Shown in pieces: positions 52,119 through 62,456 of a DNA stretch of 64,000 nt. The DNA lies in assembly GCA_965197525.1 (NCBI GenBank), contig OZ240211.1, positions 2,016,001 to 2,080,000 on the forward strand, given 5' to 3'. A program made the position numbers and the translations under genes. Origin of the DNA: Nitrosopumilus sp. (GTDB lineage Archaea > Thermoproteota > Nitrososphaeria > Nitrososphaerales > Nitrosopumilaceae). How positions within the stretch are numbered: position 1 is the stretch's first letter; every line of letters starts with the position of its first letter. The notes under the pieces were generated by a model. The model was not told the origin of the DNA. It saw only the letters and a list, made by a program, of their open reading frames with translations, and searched no databases.

Positions 52119-53273
52119 TCAAGTCAAAATACTCAAGATTTCGGCTGCCTTGAACATCTTGGTTCGTCTGCCGGTGCTCATTTCCTCTAGAATGCCGATT
52201 TTTTGAAGTCGTTCAATTGCCAGTTTTGCTGACGGATATGTCACATTGAGAAATCTTTTGGCTCTGGGTATGGTCACTACGGGGTTGGCAAAAAGATGTG
52301 ACATTAACTGGGTTGCGCTTCCTGATGCTTTTGCTGATCTCAGTTTGTCTTCATATCTTGTTCTCAAATCCATCAGATGGCGGATGTTTTGAATCGCATC
52401 TGTTGCCTGAATTATTACACCTTTAAGAAAAAATTGTATCCACTCTACCCAAGCTTGATTCTGACTGACACCTAGCAGGTGCTGATAGTATTCGGTTCTG
52501 TTTTTTTCAAAATATGCGCTAAGGTAAAGCAGCGGCATGCTGAGAAGATTTCTTTCAGCCAATATTAACGGAATTAGCAACCTTCCAATTCTCCCGTTCC
52601 CGTCTGCAAAAGGATGTATGGATTCAAATTGATAATGTATGAGTGCGCATTGAATCAGAACTGGTATTGCCGGCGAAGGCGACTGAACGAATTTTTCAAA
52701 GTCAAGCAGTACATCATGGAGTTTTTCTGGCGCAGGCGGAACATACATTGCATCCTCAATTTGTGAGCCCGGCGTACCAATCCAATTTTGGATTTTTCTA
52801 AATTCACCTGGTGTTTTTTCTTGACCTCTTACATTTTTCATCAAGATACCGTGCGCATCTTTAATCATTTTGATACTGACAGACTCAGTCTTAACTCTTT
52901 TTAGACATGTATCTAAAGAACGGATATAATTTAGCACCTCTAGGATTCGCTTTCTACCTGCATCTTTTTGCGAATCTTTTTTTTCTTCAGCTTCATATTC
53001 AAAAATATCCATCATGGTTGCCTGTGTACCTTCTATTTTTGAGCTAAGTACGGCTTCACGTCGAATATATGGACGGATTAAAAGATTAGGGTTTGGAATT
53101 AATTCTCCTATTCCGGACAGCTGTCCTAATTTTGTATGGGCCTCCGTCGCAAGAGTGATTGTTATGGGATCAAAATCAGTTATTGGTGGAAGCGTATTTG
53201 GCAAGAATGTCTCATCACCTTCATCACTTTGGACGAATATGCCATTTGATTTTGTAAATGCGGACTTGTCCAT
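52119..53273 (-). CDS. Fic-family AMPylase with N-terminal inhibitory helix and C-terminal HTH
   Basis: HPFADGNGRIGR Fic motif; SSKIEGT (S/T)xxxEG inhibitory motif. Confidence 0.92.
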   Translation of the reverse strand: MDKSAFTKSNGIFVQSDEGDETFLPNTLPPITDFDPITITLATEAHTKLGQLSGIGELIPNPNLLIRPYIRREAVLSSKIEGTQATMMDIFEYEAEEKKDSQKDAGRKRILEVLNYIRSLDTCLKRVKTESVSIKMIKDAHGILMKNVRGQEKTPGEFRKIQNWIGTPGSQIEDAMYVPPAPEKLHDVLLDFEKFVQSPSPAIPVLIQCALIHYQFESIHPFADGNGRIGRLLIPLILAERNLLSMPLLYLSAYFEKNRTEYYQHLLGVSQNQAWVEWIQFFLKGVIIQATDAIQNIRHLMDLRTRYEDKLRSAKASGSATQLMSHLFANPVVTIPRAKRFLNVTYPSAKLAIERLQKIGILEEMSTGRRTKMFKAAEILSILT

Positions 53274-53649
53274 TCAGAAGATCCTTTTTAAGCAGTTAAG
53301 ACAATAAATGTCGTTCTTAGTATAGAATGGTATACTACGATCATTTCTTAGTATAGAAAATGCCATTATTCTTTAATAAGAAAAAACATTATTAAAAAAG
53401 ATTGCTGTGATTTTAAGCCATTTTTTAGCCACTGCAAACATGCCGGTGCGGTTGCCAAAAATGTCTCATCACTTTGGACGAATATGCCATTTGGTTTTGT
53501 AAATGCGGACTTGTCCCCATTCAGAAGATCTCTTTTAAGTAGTCAAGATAATAAATGCTGTTCTTAGTATAGAATGGTATACTACGATCATTTCTTAGTA
53601 TAGAAAATGCCATTATTCTTTAATAAGAAAAAACATTATTAAAAAAGAT
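53198..53649. repeat. ~200-bp tandem duplication of the Fic promoter and 5' end
   Basis: 53198-53402 matches 53452-53649 with few substitutions and indels. Confidence 0.9.
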
Positions 53650-53714
53650 ATAGCAGTTTTAGGCAGTTTCATAATGGCAAAAGAATCTAAAAAAGGCGTA
53701 TTTCACGCCTAGAA

Positions 53715-54260
53715 ATGCAAGTATTTACCCTTGTAGTAGAGGATGAATCGTTTTTCATACGTGACAGAACTGAAGGGTGCAGATATTGGACTCTGGTAGG
53801 CACACCCGTCATGGTTCCCTATGTTGGAAGTCATGATACCGTTACCGCATACGGTTCACTTGCCACAGACGGCAGACAGTTTTTCAGGACGTACGATCGT
53901 TTCAACGCAGCAACATTCGTCGAGTATCTCAAGTCCATGCACTGATGCTTTGGAAAGATTGTGGTAATAGCAGACAAGGTAGCACCCCGCTGCACCAAAC
54001 TGGTAGAAGATTTGCTAAGAGAAAACAGCAAGATCAAGATCATCTATCTGCCAAAAGGATCACCGTATCTTAACGCAGTTGAGGATGCTGGCACATGGCC
54101 AAACAAGCATACTTGTATCAAAGTATTACAAAACAAAGCATGACATGCAACACAGTATATCTGAATATCTTAGAACCGTCCGACATTCTCTGGACATCAA
54201 GAAGTATCTTGCCAGAAAGTTTGAATACATCCTGACGAACTTTTAATCATCACTATATAT
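53715..54260 (+). mobile_element. IS630-family transposase relic (no N-terminus, internal stop, frameshifts)
   Basis: VVEDESFF, VIADK, YLPKGSPYLNAVE DDE motifs; TGA at 53943; C-terminal ISEYLRTVRHSLDIKKYL in another frame; TA-ending candidate right end near 54260. Confidence 0.8.
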
Positions 54261-54291
54261 CCTCTGCACAAGACACAAAACCCCTTTTTGA

Positions 54292-54774
54292 ATGATTTAT
54301 TTATCAACTAAAATCTGTAGAGTCATGGCAATTCAAAAATGGCTTGCAATTGCTAGCGTTGGTCTATTTGCAATGTTTGCAGGCGAGATAATCTCAGTTT
54401 ACAACTTTCTAGCTACTAACACTACTACTGCTAGTGATTCTGACTTTGCGATATCCTTTGCAGCTGATCCCAAACTGTTGCAATTCATCTCAATTGGCGT
54501 AGCCCCTGCAGGCATTACCGCTGCTGTTGCATTTATCATGTCGCGCCAGTATGGATCAAAACCGATTGGCAGTCTGATAATTCTTGGAGGCGCAATCCTG
54601 TTTGTAGGAATGTTGGTATCGTATAGTATACTTGGAGATATTGGCGAGGAATACCTTACAACATCTGTTCAAATCACTCCGATTGTGTTTATGGCCCTCT
54701 CGCCAGTTGTAATGATATTTGGAGTATTATTGCTACGACCTAAAAAGAGACGCCCAAAAAAAGAGTTCTTTTAG
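54292..54774 (+). CDS. Hypothetical membrane protein (4 TM)
   Basis: Four hydrophobic segments, basic C-terminus RPKKRRPKKEFF. Confidence 0.75.
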   Translation: MIYLSTKICRVMAIQKWLAIASVGLFAMFAGEIISVYNFLATNTTTASDSDFAISFAADPKLLQFISIGVAPAGITAAVAFIMSRQYGSKPIGSLIILGGAILFVGMLVSYSILGDIGEEYLTTSVQITPIVFMALSPVVMIFGVLLLRPKKRRPKKEFF

Positions 54775-55253
54775 GGTTTACTACTATTATTACCATCACC
54801 ATCACCATCATCATCACTATCCAATCTCAACTGATTGCCAGTATGTCTAAATCCCAACTTTTCATAAAATGGCTTTACATCATCAGTACAATCCAAAATT
54901 ATCTTGTAACAACCTCTACTCTTTGCTACCTCCAATAGATATTCTATAATCTTTCTACCAACTCTCTTTCCTTGAAGGTCAGTTCTGACTGCTACATCCT
55001 CTATATGTCCTGCAATCCCGCCATCATGGATGAATTTGGATTCAATTAACAGTGTTGATGTCCCAACTACCCTGCCATCAATCACTGCAACTGCAACAAT
55101 ATGGTATGGGTTGGGGTTAATCTTTTCAAATATTGCATATGCCTTCTCTGGGACTATCTTGCTACTATTCTGTCTCAAAGCATCAAGTGTCTGCAGAAAC
55201 CCATTTTGGATATCTTCTCTTTTTAGCTCCCTTACTGTTACCTTGTTACTCAT
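54771..55253 (-). CDS. GNAT acetyltransferase, glucosamine-6-phosphate N-acetyltransferase (GNA1)-like
   Basis: KFIHDGGIAGHIEDVAV, QGKRVG, GCYKIILDC, FYEKLGF. Confidence 0.8.
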   Translation of the reverse strand: MSNKVTVRELKREDIQNGFLQTLDALRQNSSKIVPEKAYAIFEKINPNPYHIVAVAVIDGRVVGTSTLLIESKFIHDGGIAGHIEDVAVRTDLQGKRVGRKIIEYLLEVAKSRGCYKIILDCTDDVKPFYEKLGFRHTGNQLRLDSDDDGDGDGNNSSKP

Positions 55254-55951
55254 ATCTTGCCCAGCTTCTCAATCTGCTCTTGATATGCTTTCTTGTATGA
55301 TGTTTTATCACCAATATCAGTAAACCCTTTCTTTGTTATGAAACTTGTTACCAGTCTTTTTCTGCTGATAATCTTCTTTATCACATCATCCATTCCGTAC
55401 GGCTTGTTTTTTGGGATTAGGCAAAAGATCTCTGGTTCCATGACGTAGCATCCCATGTTTACATTAGCCCTTACCTCTGGCTTTTCATTCCATTGCGTGA
55501 CACGTCCGTTCTTGGCAGTCTCAATGACCCCGTATGGCAGTCTGCTACTGTACTCATTCAAACTTATGGTTACAAATGCTTTTTTTGTAATGTGCTGCTT
55601 TATCATATTCTTAAGATTGAAATTAAATATGGAATCGCCATACATACAGACAAACGTATCATCGATGAAATCTTCTGCAGTCTTTAGTTGTCCTGCAGTT
55701 GCTAATGGCTTGTTTGAGACTGCATATTCAATGTTCACTCCAAAACGACTTCCATCCTCAAAGTAATCCTCTATTGTCTTTCGAAGATAACTTACACACA
55801 ATACCACTGATTTGATTTTATTGCGTTTTGCCCATCCAATAATGTGTTCTAAAATTGGTTTTTCACCTAGTGGCAGCATAGGTTTTGGCAGAAATGTGGT
55901 ATATGGTTGAAGTCTTGTACCTAACCCTCCTGCTAGAATCACTGCCTTCAT
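55250..55951 (-). CDS. Sugar-phosphate nucleotidyltransferase
   Basis: AVILAGGLGTRL...PKPML, PLATAG, YGD. Confidence 0.9.
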   Translation of the reverse strand: MKAVILAGGLGTRLQPYTTFLPKPMLPLGEKPILEHIIGWAKRNKIKSVVLCVSYLRKTIEDYFEDGSRFGVNIEYAVSNKPLATAGQLKTAEDFIDDTFVCMYGDSIFNFNLKNMIKQHITKKAFVTISLNEYSSRLPYGVIETAKNGRVTQWNEKPEVRANVNMGCYVMEPEIFCLIPKNKPYGMDDVIKKIISRKRLVTSFITKKGFTDIGDKTSYKKAYQEQIEKLGKI

Positions 55952-56011
55952 AATTTGTACTTAGAATATGACTGCTATTTATGTTCAAGGGAATTGATGC
56001 TCCCCACTACC

Positions 56012-57346
56012 TCACAGAATTTTTGCGAGTTTCTCTAAAACGTTTTTTGGCGTCTCCCCAAATACTATAATCATCGGCTCTTTTCCAAAATCCCCTTTGT
56101 GAAATATGACATCTGGCGCCATTGTCTTTATTCTATGTCTCTCTAATCTTTTGATAGCACAGTTAATCCCCCATCTTATCGTTGAACCGCCATTTTTCAC
56201 ATTGGCAGGCTCTTGTGCCCTATCATAACTTGATACAACTAGTCTTGACTTGTTAATTTTTGATATGATGGTATCATGGTATCTTAAATTTACTGCAGAA
56301 CGTATCTGTGGAAACTTTTTGTTCATTGCAAGCAATGCCGTTGCAACATGTTTTGAGCCTCCGTACACGAGTTCTCCTGCCACGATTACATCTTTTTTTG
56401 CCTTGACTATTCTTCCTGATATTCCTAGGACATCTTGTGTCGTCCTTGGTCTATTCTTAGAGTATACAAAATTTGTCTGGCATTCAGGTATATTCTTGTA
56501 AATATCTTTAATATCTGCGAACTCGTTGATTGCAACTGCTAACTCCAAAGCAATGACATCTTGATTCCCAACATTGGTAATCGTAATTCCTTTACCAATA
56601 TTTTTGGCATTCTTTATAGAGTTATACGTAAATTTTTTTGCAAATTTTGCCGCCTTGTATACTGTTGCACCATCTGCAATTGCCGATATCATTGCAGCAG
56701 AATAATTGCATCCGCTCCCGTGATTGATATTTGAGATTTTTTTGCTTGGTATACTGTGTGTACTACCATCTCTTTCTAAAACGAAATCTATTATTTTTGC
56801 ACCTTTGCTAATGCCTGTCACTATGACATTTTCTGCACCCATACGCTGTACTGACTTTGCAATATTGGATATTGCTGTATCGTTATCCTTCCTGTCATCA
56901 TCTTTCAGATTAGTTTTAGTTAATATCTCAGCCTCTGTCTGATTTGGTGTAATAACTGTTCCAAGTGGAACAATATACTTTCGATAATCTGCCATTGCCT
57001 CTCTCTTCATCAGTATGCCGCCCGTAGTTGATTCTATTACCGGATCCACCACTATTGGTACGTCACATCCCTTCAGCTGTCCGTACAATATCTTGATTAC
57101 CTCAGAGCTATACACCATTCCAATCTTTATTCCGTCAACCTTAAAGTCAGACATTATGGCATTCATCTGATTCTCTAGAACTTTTTTTGATACCTGTTGT
57201 ACCAACCCGAAATCCTTTGTGTTCTGTCCTGTGACTGCTGTTATTACAGTTAATGGGTGCGCATTTAACTCTGTAAACGTCTTGATGTCGCTCTGGATTC
57301 CTGCACCTGTAGTTGGATCAGACCCTCCTATCGATAATAAATTCAT
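56012..57346 (-). CDS. thiD: HMP/HMP-P kinase ThiD fused to ThiN
   Basis: IGGSDPTTGAGIQSD, VDPV, ITPN, HGSGC; C-terminal ThiN-like YGGSKHVA...RSAVNLRY...GKEPMI. Start at 57346 or 57391. Confidence 0.88.
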   Translation of the reverse strand: MNLLSIGGSDPTTGAGIQSDIKTFTELNAHPLTVITAVTGQNTKDFGLVQQVSKKVLENQMNAIMSDFKVDGIKIGMVYSSEVIKILYGQLKGCDVPIVVDPVIESTTGGILMKREAMADYRKYIVPLGTVITPNQTEAEILTKTNLKDDDRKDNDTAISNIAKSVQRMGAENVIVTGISKGAKIIDFVLERDGSTHSIPSKKISNINHGSGCNYSAAMISAIADGATVYKAAKFAKKFTYNSIKNAKNIGKGITITNVGNQDVIALELAVAINEFADIKDIYKNIPECQTNFVYSKNRPRTTQDVLGISGRIVKAKKDVIVAGELVYGGSKHVATALLAMNKKFPQIRSAVNLRYHDTIISKINKSRLVVSSYDRAQEPANVKNGGSTIRWGINCAIKRLERHRIKTMAPDVIFHKGDFGKEPMIIVFGETPKNVLEKLAKIL

Positions 57347-57588
57347 AATACTGTATCTGTTGTCTGCATTAATCTGTTTTTCTTTGGGCATCAAGATTTC
57401 ATACCGTGTCGTTTTGTTGTTTTTGCACGATCATGGTTCCTGTGATTAACTAACATCTTCATTTCACAGGGGGCGCTCTATATCGATTGTCTGTCGTCAC
57501 TCTGCATTCATACATTATAGCACTCTGCCTATCTACCATCACATCAACTTCGCGATTGTTTAAATCAGGTGAAAACATAGATTATACC

Positions 57589-58932
57589 ATGGCAACCCAG
57601 ATGAGTGCAGCAAGACGTGGCGTTGCAACTGATGAGATGAAACAAGTTGCAAAAGACGAGGACGTCTCCATTGACTGGCTGGTCTCAAAGATTGCGCGTG
57701 GGTCAGTCATTATCCCAAACAATAACACTAGACTGCAAAAGATTCACAATGTAGGGATCGGACGAGGCCTTAAAACCAAGGTTAACGTCAATATCGGAAC
57801 ATCCACTCTTAATGTAAACATTGAAGAAGAGATTCAAAAAGCCAAAGTCGCAGTAAAATATCACGCAGATACCATTATGGACCTCAGTGACGGAGGCGAT
57901 GTTCAAAAGATACGACAGACCCTGTTGGCTTGTGCACCGATAACTTTTGGAACCGTCCCAATCTACGAGGCTTACAACTATGGCATTCAAGTTCATAAGA
58001 ACCCTCTGAATCTTACTGAAGATGACTATCTAAACGCATTTGAAAATAATGCAAAAGATGGTGTCGATTATACCACCATTCACTGCGGCATCACAAAGGA
58101 TATTGCAAAACGCATCCTAAAAGTTCAAAGATATGGCGGCGTTGTAAGCAAGGGCGGAACAATTACTGCTGCATGGATGCTAAAACATGACAAGGAAAAT
58201 CCGTATCTGACCCACTATGACTATCTGATGGAGATTGCAAAAAAATATGATGTTACATTCAGTTTGGGCGATGCACTAAGACCCGGATCCATACTTGATT
58301 CTCATGACGAATTACAAGTCCAAGAGATGATCAACATATCGCAGTTAACAAAGCGTGCGCACGAGCACGACATCCAAGTAATGGTTGAGGGTCCCGGACA
58401 CGTTCCATTAAATGAGGTTGCAGCAAATGTACGATTGGCAAAATCATTGATTGGTGATGTGCCATACTATGTTCTAGGTCCTTTGGTAACTGATATTGCC
58501 TCAGGACACGATCATATTGCAAGTGCAATAGGTGCTGCAGTATCTGCAAGTGAAGGCGTCGACTTGTTGTGTTATCTTACCCCCTCTGAGCATCTAGCGC
58601 TGCCAAATGCCGATGAGGTAAAGGCTGGATTGATTGCGTATAGAATTGCAGCTCATGCAGGCGATCTAGTCAAACTACGTGAAAAAACAATAAAGTGGGA
58701 TATGGAAATGACTCAGGCACGACGCACTCTTGACTGGGAAAAGCAGCTAGCTTTGTCAATTGATCCTGAAGAGGCTGCAAAAATTCATAGCCGTACAGGT
58801 CAGCATCCTGGTAATAATGTGCCATGTACCATGTGTGGTGGTGCATGTGTCTACATGATGCTACCACAGCAAAAGAAATATGACAAAGAAGAAGAAGAAG
58901 AAAACAAAAATCTGAATATTATCAAACCCTAA
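57589..58932 (+). CDS. thiC: Phosphomethylpyrimidine synthase
   Basis: KVNVNIGTS, DTIMDLS, GTVPIY, VSKGG, SLGDALRPG, EGPGHVP, CTMCG Fe-S motif; start at ATG 57589. Confidence 0.96.
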   Translation: MATQMSAARRGVATDEMKQVAKDEDVSIDWLVSKIARGSVIIPNNNTRLQKIHNVGIGRGLKTKVNVNIGTSTLNVNIEEEIQKAKVAVKYHADTIMDLSDGGDVQKIRQTLLACAPITFGTVPIYEAYNYGIQVHKNPLNLTEDDYLNAFENNAKDGVDYTTIHCGITKDIAKRILKVQRYGGVVSKGGTITAAWMLKHDKENPYLTHYDYLMEIAKKYDVTFSLGDALRPGSILDSHDELQVQEMINISQLTKRAHEHDIQVMVEGPGHVPLNEVAANVRLAKSLIGDVPYYVLGPLVTDIASGHDHIASAIGAAVSASEGVDLLCYLTPSEHLALPNADEVKAGLIAYRIAAHAGDLVKLREKTIKWDMEMTQARRTLDWEKQLALSIDPEEAAKIHSRTGQHPGNNVPCTMCGGACVYMMLPQQKKYDKEEEEENKNLNIIKP

Positions 58933-59018
58933 TCATACACACACAAGATAGGACACATCTCACTCATTGTAATACCGTTCATCCTTTACATTTTTTCTAA
59001 AATGTGTATATGCTATTT

Positions 59019-59864
59019 TTACAATACTTTGACCATCTTTGTCATTTTCTTGTATGAATCTGTAATGTCTGTATGTTCTGACAATCTCTCTTGGCATTCC
59101 TTGATATAATCTATTACCTCTTCAGTCTTTGATTCTTGCACTGATGCAAGCAGTCTGCCAATATCCTTCCACAACTCTTCTGCTACCCTGCGAATCTCTG
59201 GATTTGCAATGATCGTCTCAATCAGTTCAGGAGATTCTGTCATTATACTCTCAGATAATACTTTTTGCACCTTGAATGTGGTACCTGACATCTTTTCTGT
59301 CAAATTCATCTTTTCATCTTTTGAGATTATGTTTGCAAAGACGAGATTCATCAGGTGTGTAAGTCCTAGAATCACTGCAATCTTTTTGTCATGCTCTGAT
59401 GCATCAATTGTTACAAAGTTTGCTCCCTTGAACAGCTCCTTTGTCACTGTCAATTCTTTTTTGGCGTCTTTGATTGGGACTGAGATTATATTCTGACCAT
59501 TTAATGTCTTTGTTCCAGGACCAAACATTGGATGTATGCAAATTGGATTGATCTTTGCTGGCATCTTTGATAGCGATGTGACCACTTTTGATTTTTCAGA
59601 TGATATCTCTATGAGATATGTGCCACGTTTCATCTCTTTTGCAATCAGCCTGATAATCTCAGGTGTTCTCCTAGTTGGTGTACACAGCACCACATAGTCT
59701 GCCTTTAGGATTCCTCCTACTAGTGACTCTACTACTGTGACATTCTTTCCTGTAATCTTTTTTTCTGAATCATATCCTGTTACTGCAAACCCTTTGCCTA
59801 AAAAATATTTTACAAACCATTGGCCCATCTGTCCTCCTGCCCCAATAACTGTAATTGATTTCAT
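59019..59864 (-). CDS. tyrA: Prephenate/arogenate dehydrogenase
   Basis: VIGAGGQMG Rossmann motif, HPMFGP, EHDKKIA...THL. Confidence 0.9.
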   Translation of the reverse strand: MKSITVIGAGGQMGQWFVKYFLGKGFAVTGYDSEKKITGKNVTVVESLVGGILKADYVVLCTPTRRTPEIIRLIAKEMKRGTYLIEISSEKSKVVTSLSKMPAKINPICIHPMFGPGTKTLNGQNIISVPIKDAKKELTVTKELFKGANFVTIDASEHDKKIAVILGLTHLMNLVFANIISKDEKMNLTEKMSGTTFKVQKVLSESIMTESPELIETIIANPEIRRVAEELWKDIGRLLASVQESKTEEVIDYIKECQERLSEHTDITDSYKKMTKMVKVL

Positions 59865-61237
59865 TGGTCTTCACTACTTGTTATCATGCTTTGTAATATG
59901 TCCATCCCATCTATCAGTGTTTGCTTGTCCTGACATGCTGAAATCCTGATAAAGTTTCCATAGTGTCCAAATCCTTCTCCTGGAGCCACTGCCACGCCTC
60001 TATCTAATGCATCTAGAGCAAATTGGCTGCCATCAAATCCCTTCTGTCTGATACCTGCAAACAGGTACATGCTCCCATCAGGAACGATAAAGTCCAAACC
60101 CATTTTTTTTGCCTTCTCCACTAGTACATCTATTCTGTCCTGTATTATCTTTGTATTCTCTGATGTATCTGCCTTTAATGCCTGCATGGCAATATACTGT
60201 ATTGGTTCAGATACGTTTGTAAGACACAGTGCCTCTAGTCTTGCCATCTTTTCAATAATACTTGCATCTGCAACGGCATATCCTATCCTGAATCCTGTCA
60301 TTGCGTGAGATTTTGAAAATGATCCCGTTACTATACTCTTCTTGTAATTGTAACTGAGAACGCTCTTTGGAGGCGTCTTTGCATATTGGTAGTATATTTC
60401 ATCACTTATTACGTACAAATCATTTGCCTTTGCTATATCCATAATATCATCCATTAACTTTTCATCAAGTATTTTTCCTGTTGGATTATTTGGATAGTTC
60501 AATATGATCATCTTTGTGCCGGGATTAACTGCACCTTTAATCTGGTCCAACGACGGTGTCCATCCACTCTCTGCAGTCGTTTTGATGATTCTTGCCTTTA
60601 CTCTTGCATTTGATGCACAATCCTTGTATGCAGGCCATGCTGGTTCAATCACTATCATCTCATCTCCTGGATTCAACAATGTGGATATTGCAGCAAATAT
60701 TGAGAATCTTGCACCTGGACTGACTATGATATTCTCCGGTAATACATTTGCACCAAATTCTTTAGCTATATGCTTTGCCAATGCCTCTCTGAATGCAGGC
60801 ATCCCGGTTGCTTGGCCGTATTTTAAGAATCCCTCATCATATACTTTTTCTAATGACTCCCGTACAATGCCAGGTGGTGAAAAATCAGGTTCACCCACCT
60901 CCATGTGTATTATCTTCTTTCCTTGCGCTTCAAGCGTTTTTGCTTTCAGAAAGATCTCCATATGGGTTCCTTTTTTTCTTGATTGAACTCTGTATGACTC
61001 ATCTAAGAGAAAGTTCAAAAATCTTAGTGCGAGACCCTCATCTAGTCCTATACTGTCGCATCGTTTAACTATACTTCTGCGAATGTTATCCTCTTGCGCC
61101 TCGTCTGTGATATCCTTGCCTGCTCTAATCTTTGCTTGGCCTAGCTCTTCTACCATGTCTGTCCTGACCTGTAATAGGTCAACCATGTCTAGTGTCACCT
61201 TTTTTATCTTCTCACGCATTTCGTCAATATCTGACAT
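59861..61237 (-). CDS. Chorismate mutase (AroQ-like) fused to class I/II PLP aminotransferase
   Basis: N-terminal ~85 aa helical CM domain; GEPDF, NYPNNPTG, ISDEIY, SFSKSHAMTGFRIG. Confidence 0.8.
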   Translation of the reverse strand: MSDIDEMREKIKKVTLDMVDLLQVRTDMVEELGQAKIRAGKDITDEAQEDNIRRSIVKRCDSIGLDEGLALRFLNFLLDESYRVQSRKKGTHMEIFLKAKTLEAQGKKIIHMEVGEPDFSPPGIVRESLEKVYDEGFLKYGQATGMPAFREALAKHIAKEFGANVLPENIIVSPGARFSIFAAISTLLNPGDEMIVIEPAWPAYKDCASNARVKARIIKTTAESGWTPSLDQIKGAVNPGTKMIILNYPNNPTGKILDEKLMDDIMDIAKANDLYVISDEIYYQYAKTPPKSVLSYNYKKSIVTGSFSKSHAMTGFRIGYAVADASIIEKMARLEALCLTNVSEPIQYIAMQALKADTSENTKIIQDRIDVLVEKAKKMGLDFIVPDGSMYLFAGIRQKGFDGSQFALDALDRGVAVAPGEGFGHYGNFIRISACQDKQTLIDGMDILQSMITSSEDQ

Positions 61238-61238
61238 G

Positions 61239-62333
61239 TTATAACACCGGTTTTATTGCACCTGCCATCAGTGCATGGTCTGCTATGGTTAGTGCCACAA
61301 GTGAATCCACTACCGGCGGTGCTCTTGGAACCACGCACGGATCATGCCTTCCTTTGACTTTGAGTGTTGTCTCTTCTTTTGTCTTGATGTCTACCGTTTT
61401 TTGTGTCTGGGCAATAGATGACGCAGGTTTAAATGCTACTCTCATGGTTATTGGCATACCATTTGATATGCCTCCCAGTATCCCGCCAGAGTTGTTAGTC
61501 TCAGTTACTATCTTTCCTCTCTTAGTCGTGTATAGATCGTTATTTTCTGAACCGTATAACTGCGCACCTCTGAATCCTGAACCAAACTCTACTCCTTTGA
61601 CTGATGGGATTGAAAATATTGCCTTACTCAAGTCCGATTCCAATGATGCAAATATTGGTTCTCCCAATCCTACAGGAACATTAGTGGCGACTGATTCTAT
61701 TATTCCTCCAATGGAATCCCCTTTACTTTTTGCCTCCAAGATACTTGCCCTCATCTCTTTTGCTATATCCTCCTCGGGACATCTTACCTCATTTTTGTAG
61801 ATTAGTTTTGCCATTTTTCTATCAAAGGGTTTTCTCATTCGTATCTTTCCAATCTGCGATGTAAACGAGTTTATCTCAATCTTTAATGTTGATTCAAGCA
61901 ATTTTTTTGCTATTGCGCCACCCATCACGTGAGTTGCAGTAAGCCTTCCTGAGAATCTGCCTCCGCCTCTATAATCATTGAAATGGTTATACTTTATCAT
62001 TGCAGGATAGTCTGAATGCCCAGGCCTTAACTTTACTTTTAAATTCTCATAGTCTTTTGATTTTTGATCACTGTTCCAAATCAGCATTGTAATTGGTGCA
62101 CCGGTTGTGTATCCCCTGAATACTCCTGACACAATCTCAACTATGTCTCCTTCCTTTCTTTGGGTTGATATGATATTTTGTCCGGGCCTTCTTTGGTCTA
62201 ACATCACTTGAATATCTTTCTGGCCAATCTCCAATCCTGCAGGACACCCGTCTAGTACAGCACCCACTGTCTTTCCATGACTCTCACCAAAACTTGTCAA
62301 GATCAGACTATGACCTATGGAATTTCCTTGCAC
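61239..62333 (-). CDS. aroC: Chorismate synthase
   Basis: FGESHG, RPGHSD, RFSGRLTA, GGISNG, FKPASS, GRHDPCVVPRA. Confidence 0.97.
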   Translation of the reverse strand: MQGNSIGHSLILTSFGESHGKTVGAVLDGCPAGLEIGQKDIQVMLDQRRPGQNIISTQRKEGDIVEIVSGVFRGYTTGAPITMLIWNSDQKSKDYENLKVKLRPGHSDYPAMIKYNHFNDYRGGGRFSGRLTATHVMGGAIAKKLLESTLKIEINSFTSQIGKIRMRKPFDRKMAKLIYKNEVRCPEEDIAKEMRASILEAKSKGDSIGGIIESVATNVPVGLGEPIFASLESDLSKAIFSIPSVKGVEFGSGFRGAQLYGSENNDLYTTKRGKIVTETNNSGGILGGISNGMPITMRVAFKPASSIAQTQKTVDIKTKEETTLKVKGRHDPCVVPRAPPVVDSLVALTIADHALMAGAIKPVL

Positions 62334-62456
62334 TACTTTATTGTAACTTCATCATTTATAATTTAATACTGTAAATCTAGTCTTTGCAAAGAATTACGCC
62401 AGTTTTAAGATACCATGCATGGATATATATCAGTAAAATTACTTTGGGATGATATC

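Noticed and set aside
57395-57588. TPP riboswitch between thiD and thiC, and the 34-codon N-terminal extension of the thiC ORF
   Set aside because: No CTGAGA or other TPP aptamer core; the extension overlaps the divergent promoter region and ThiC homology begins at MATQM (57589).
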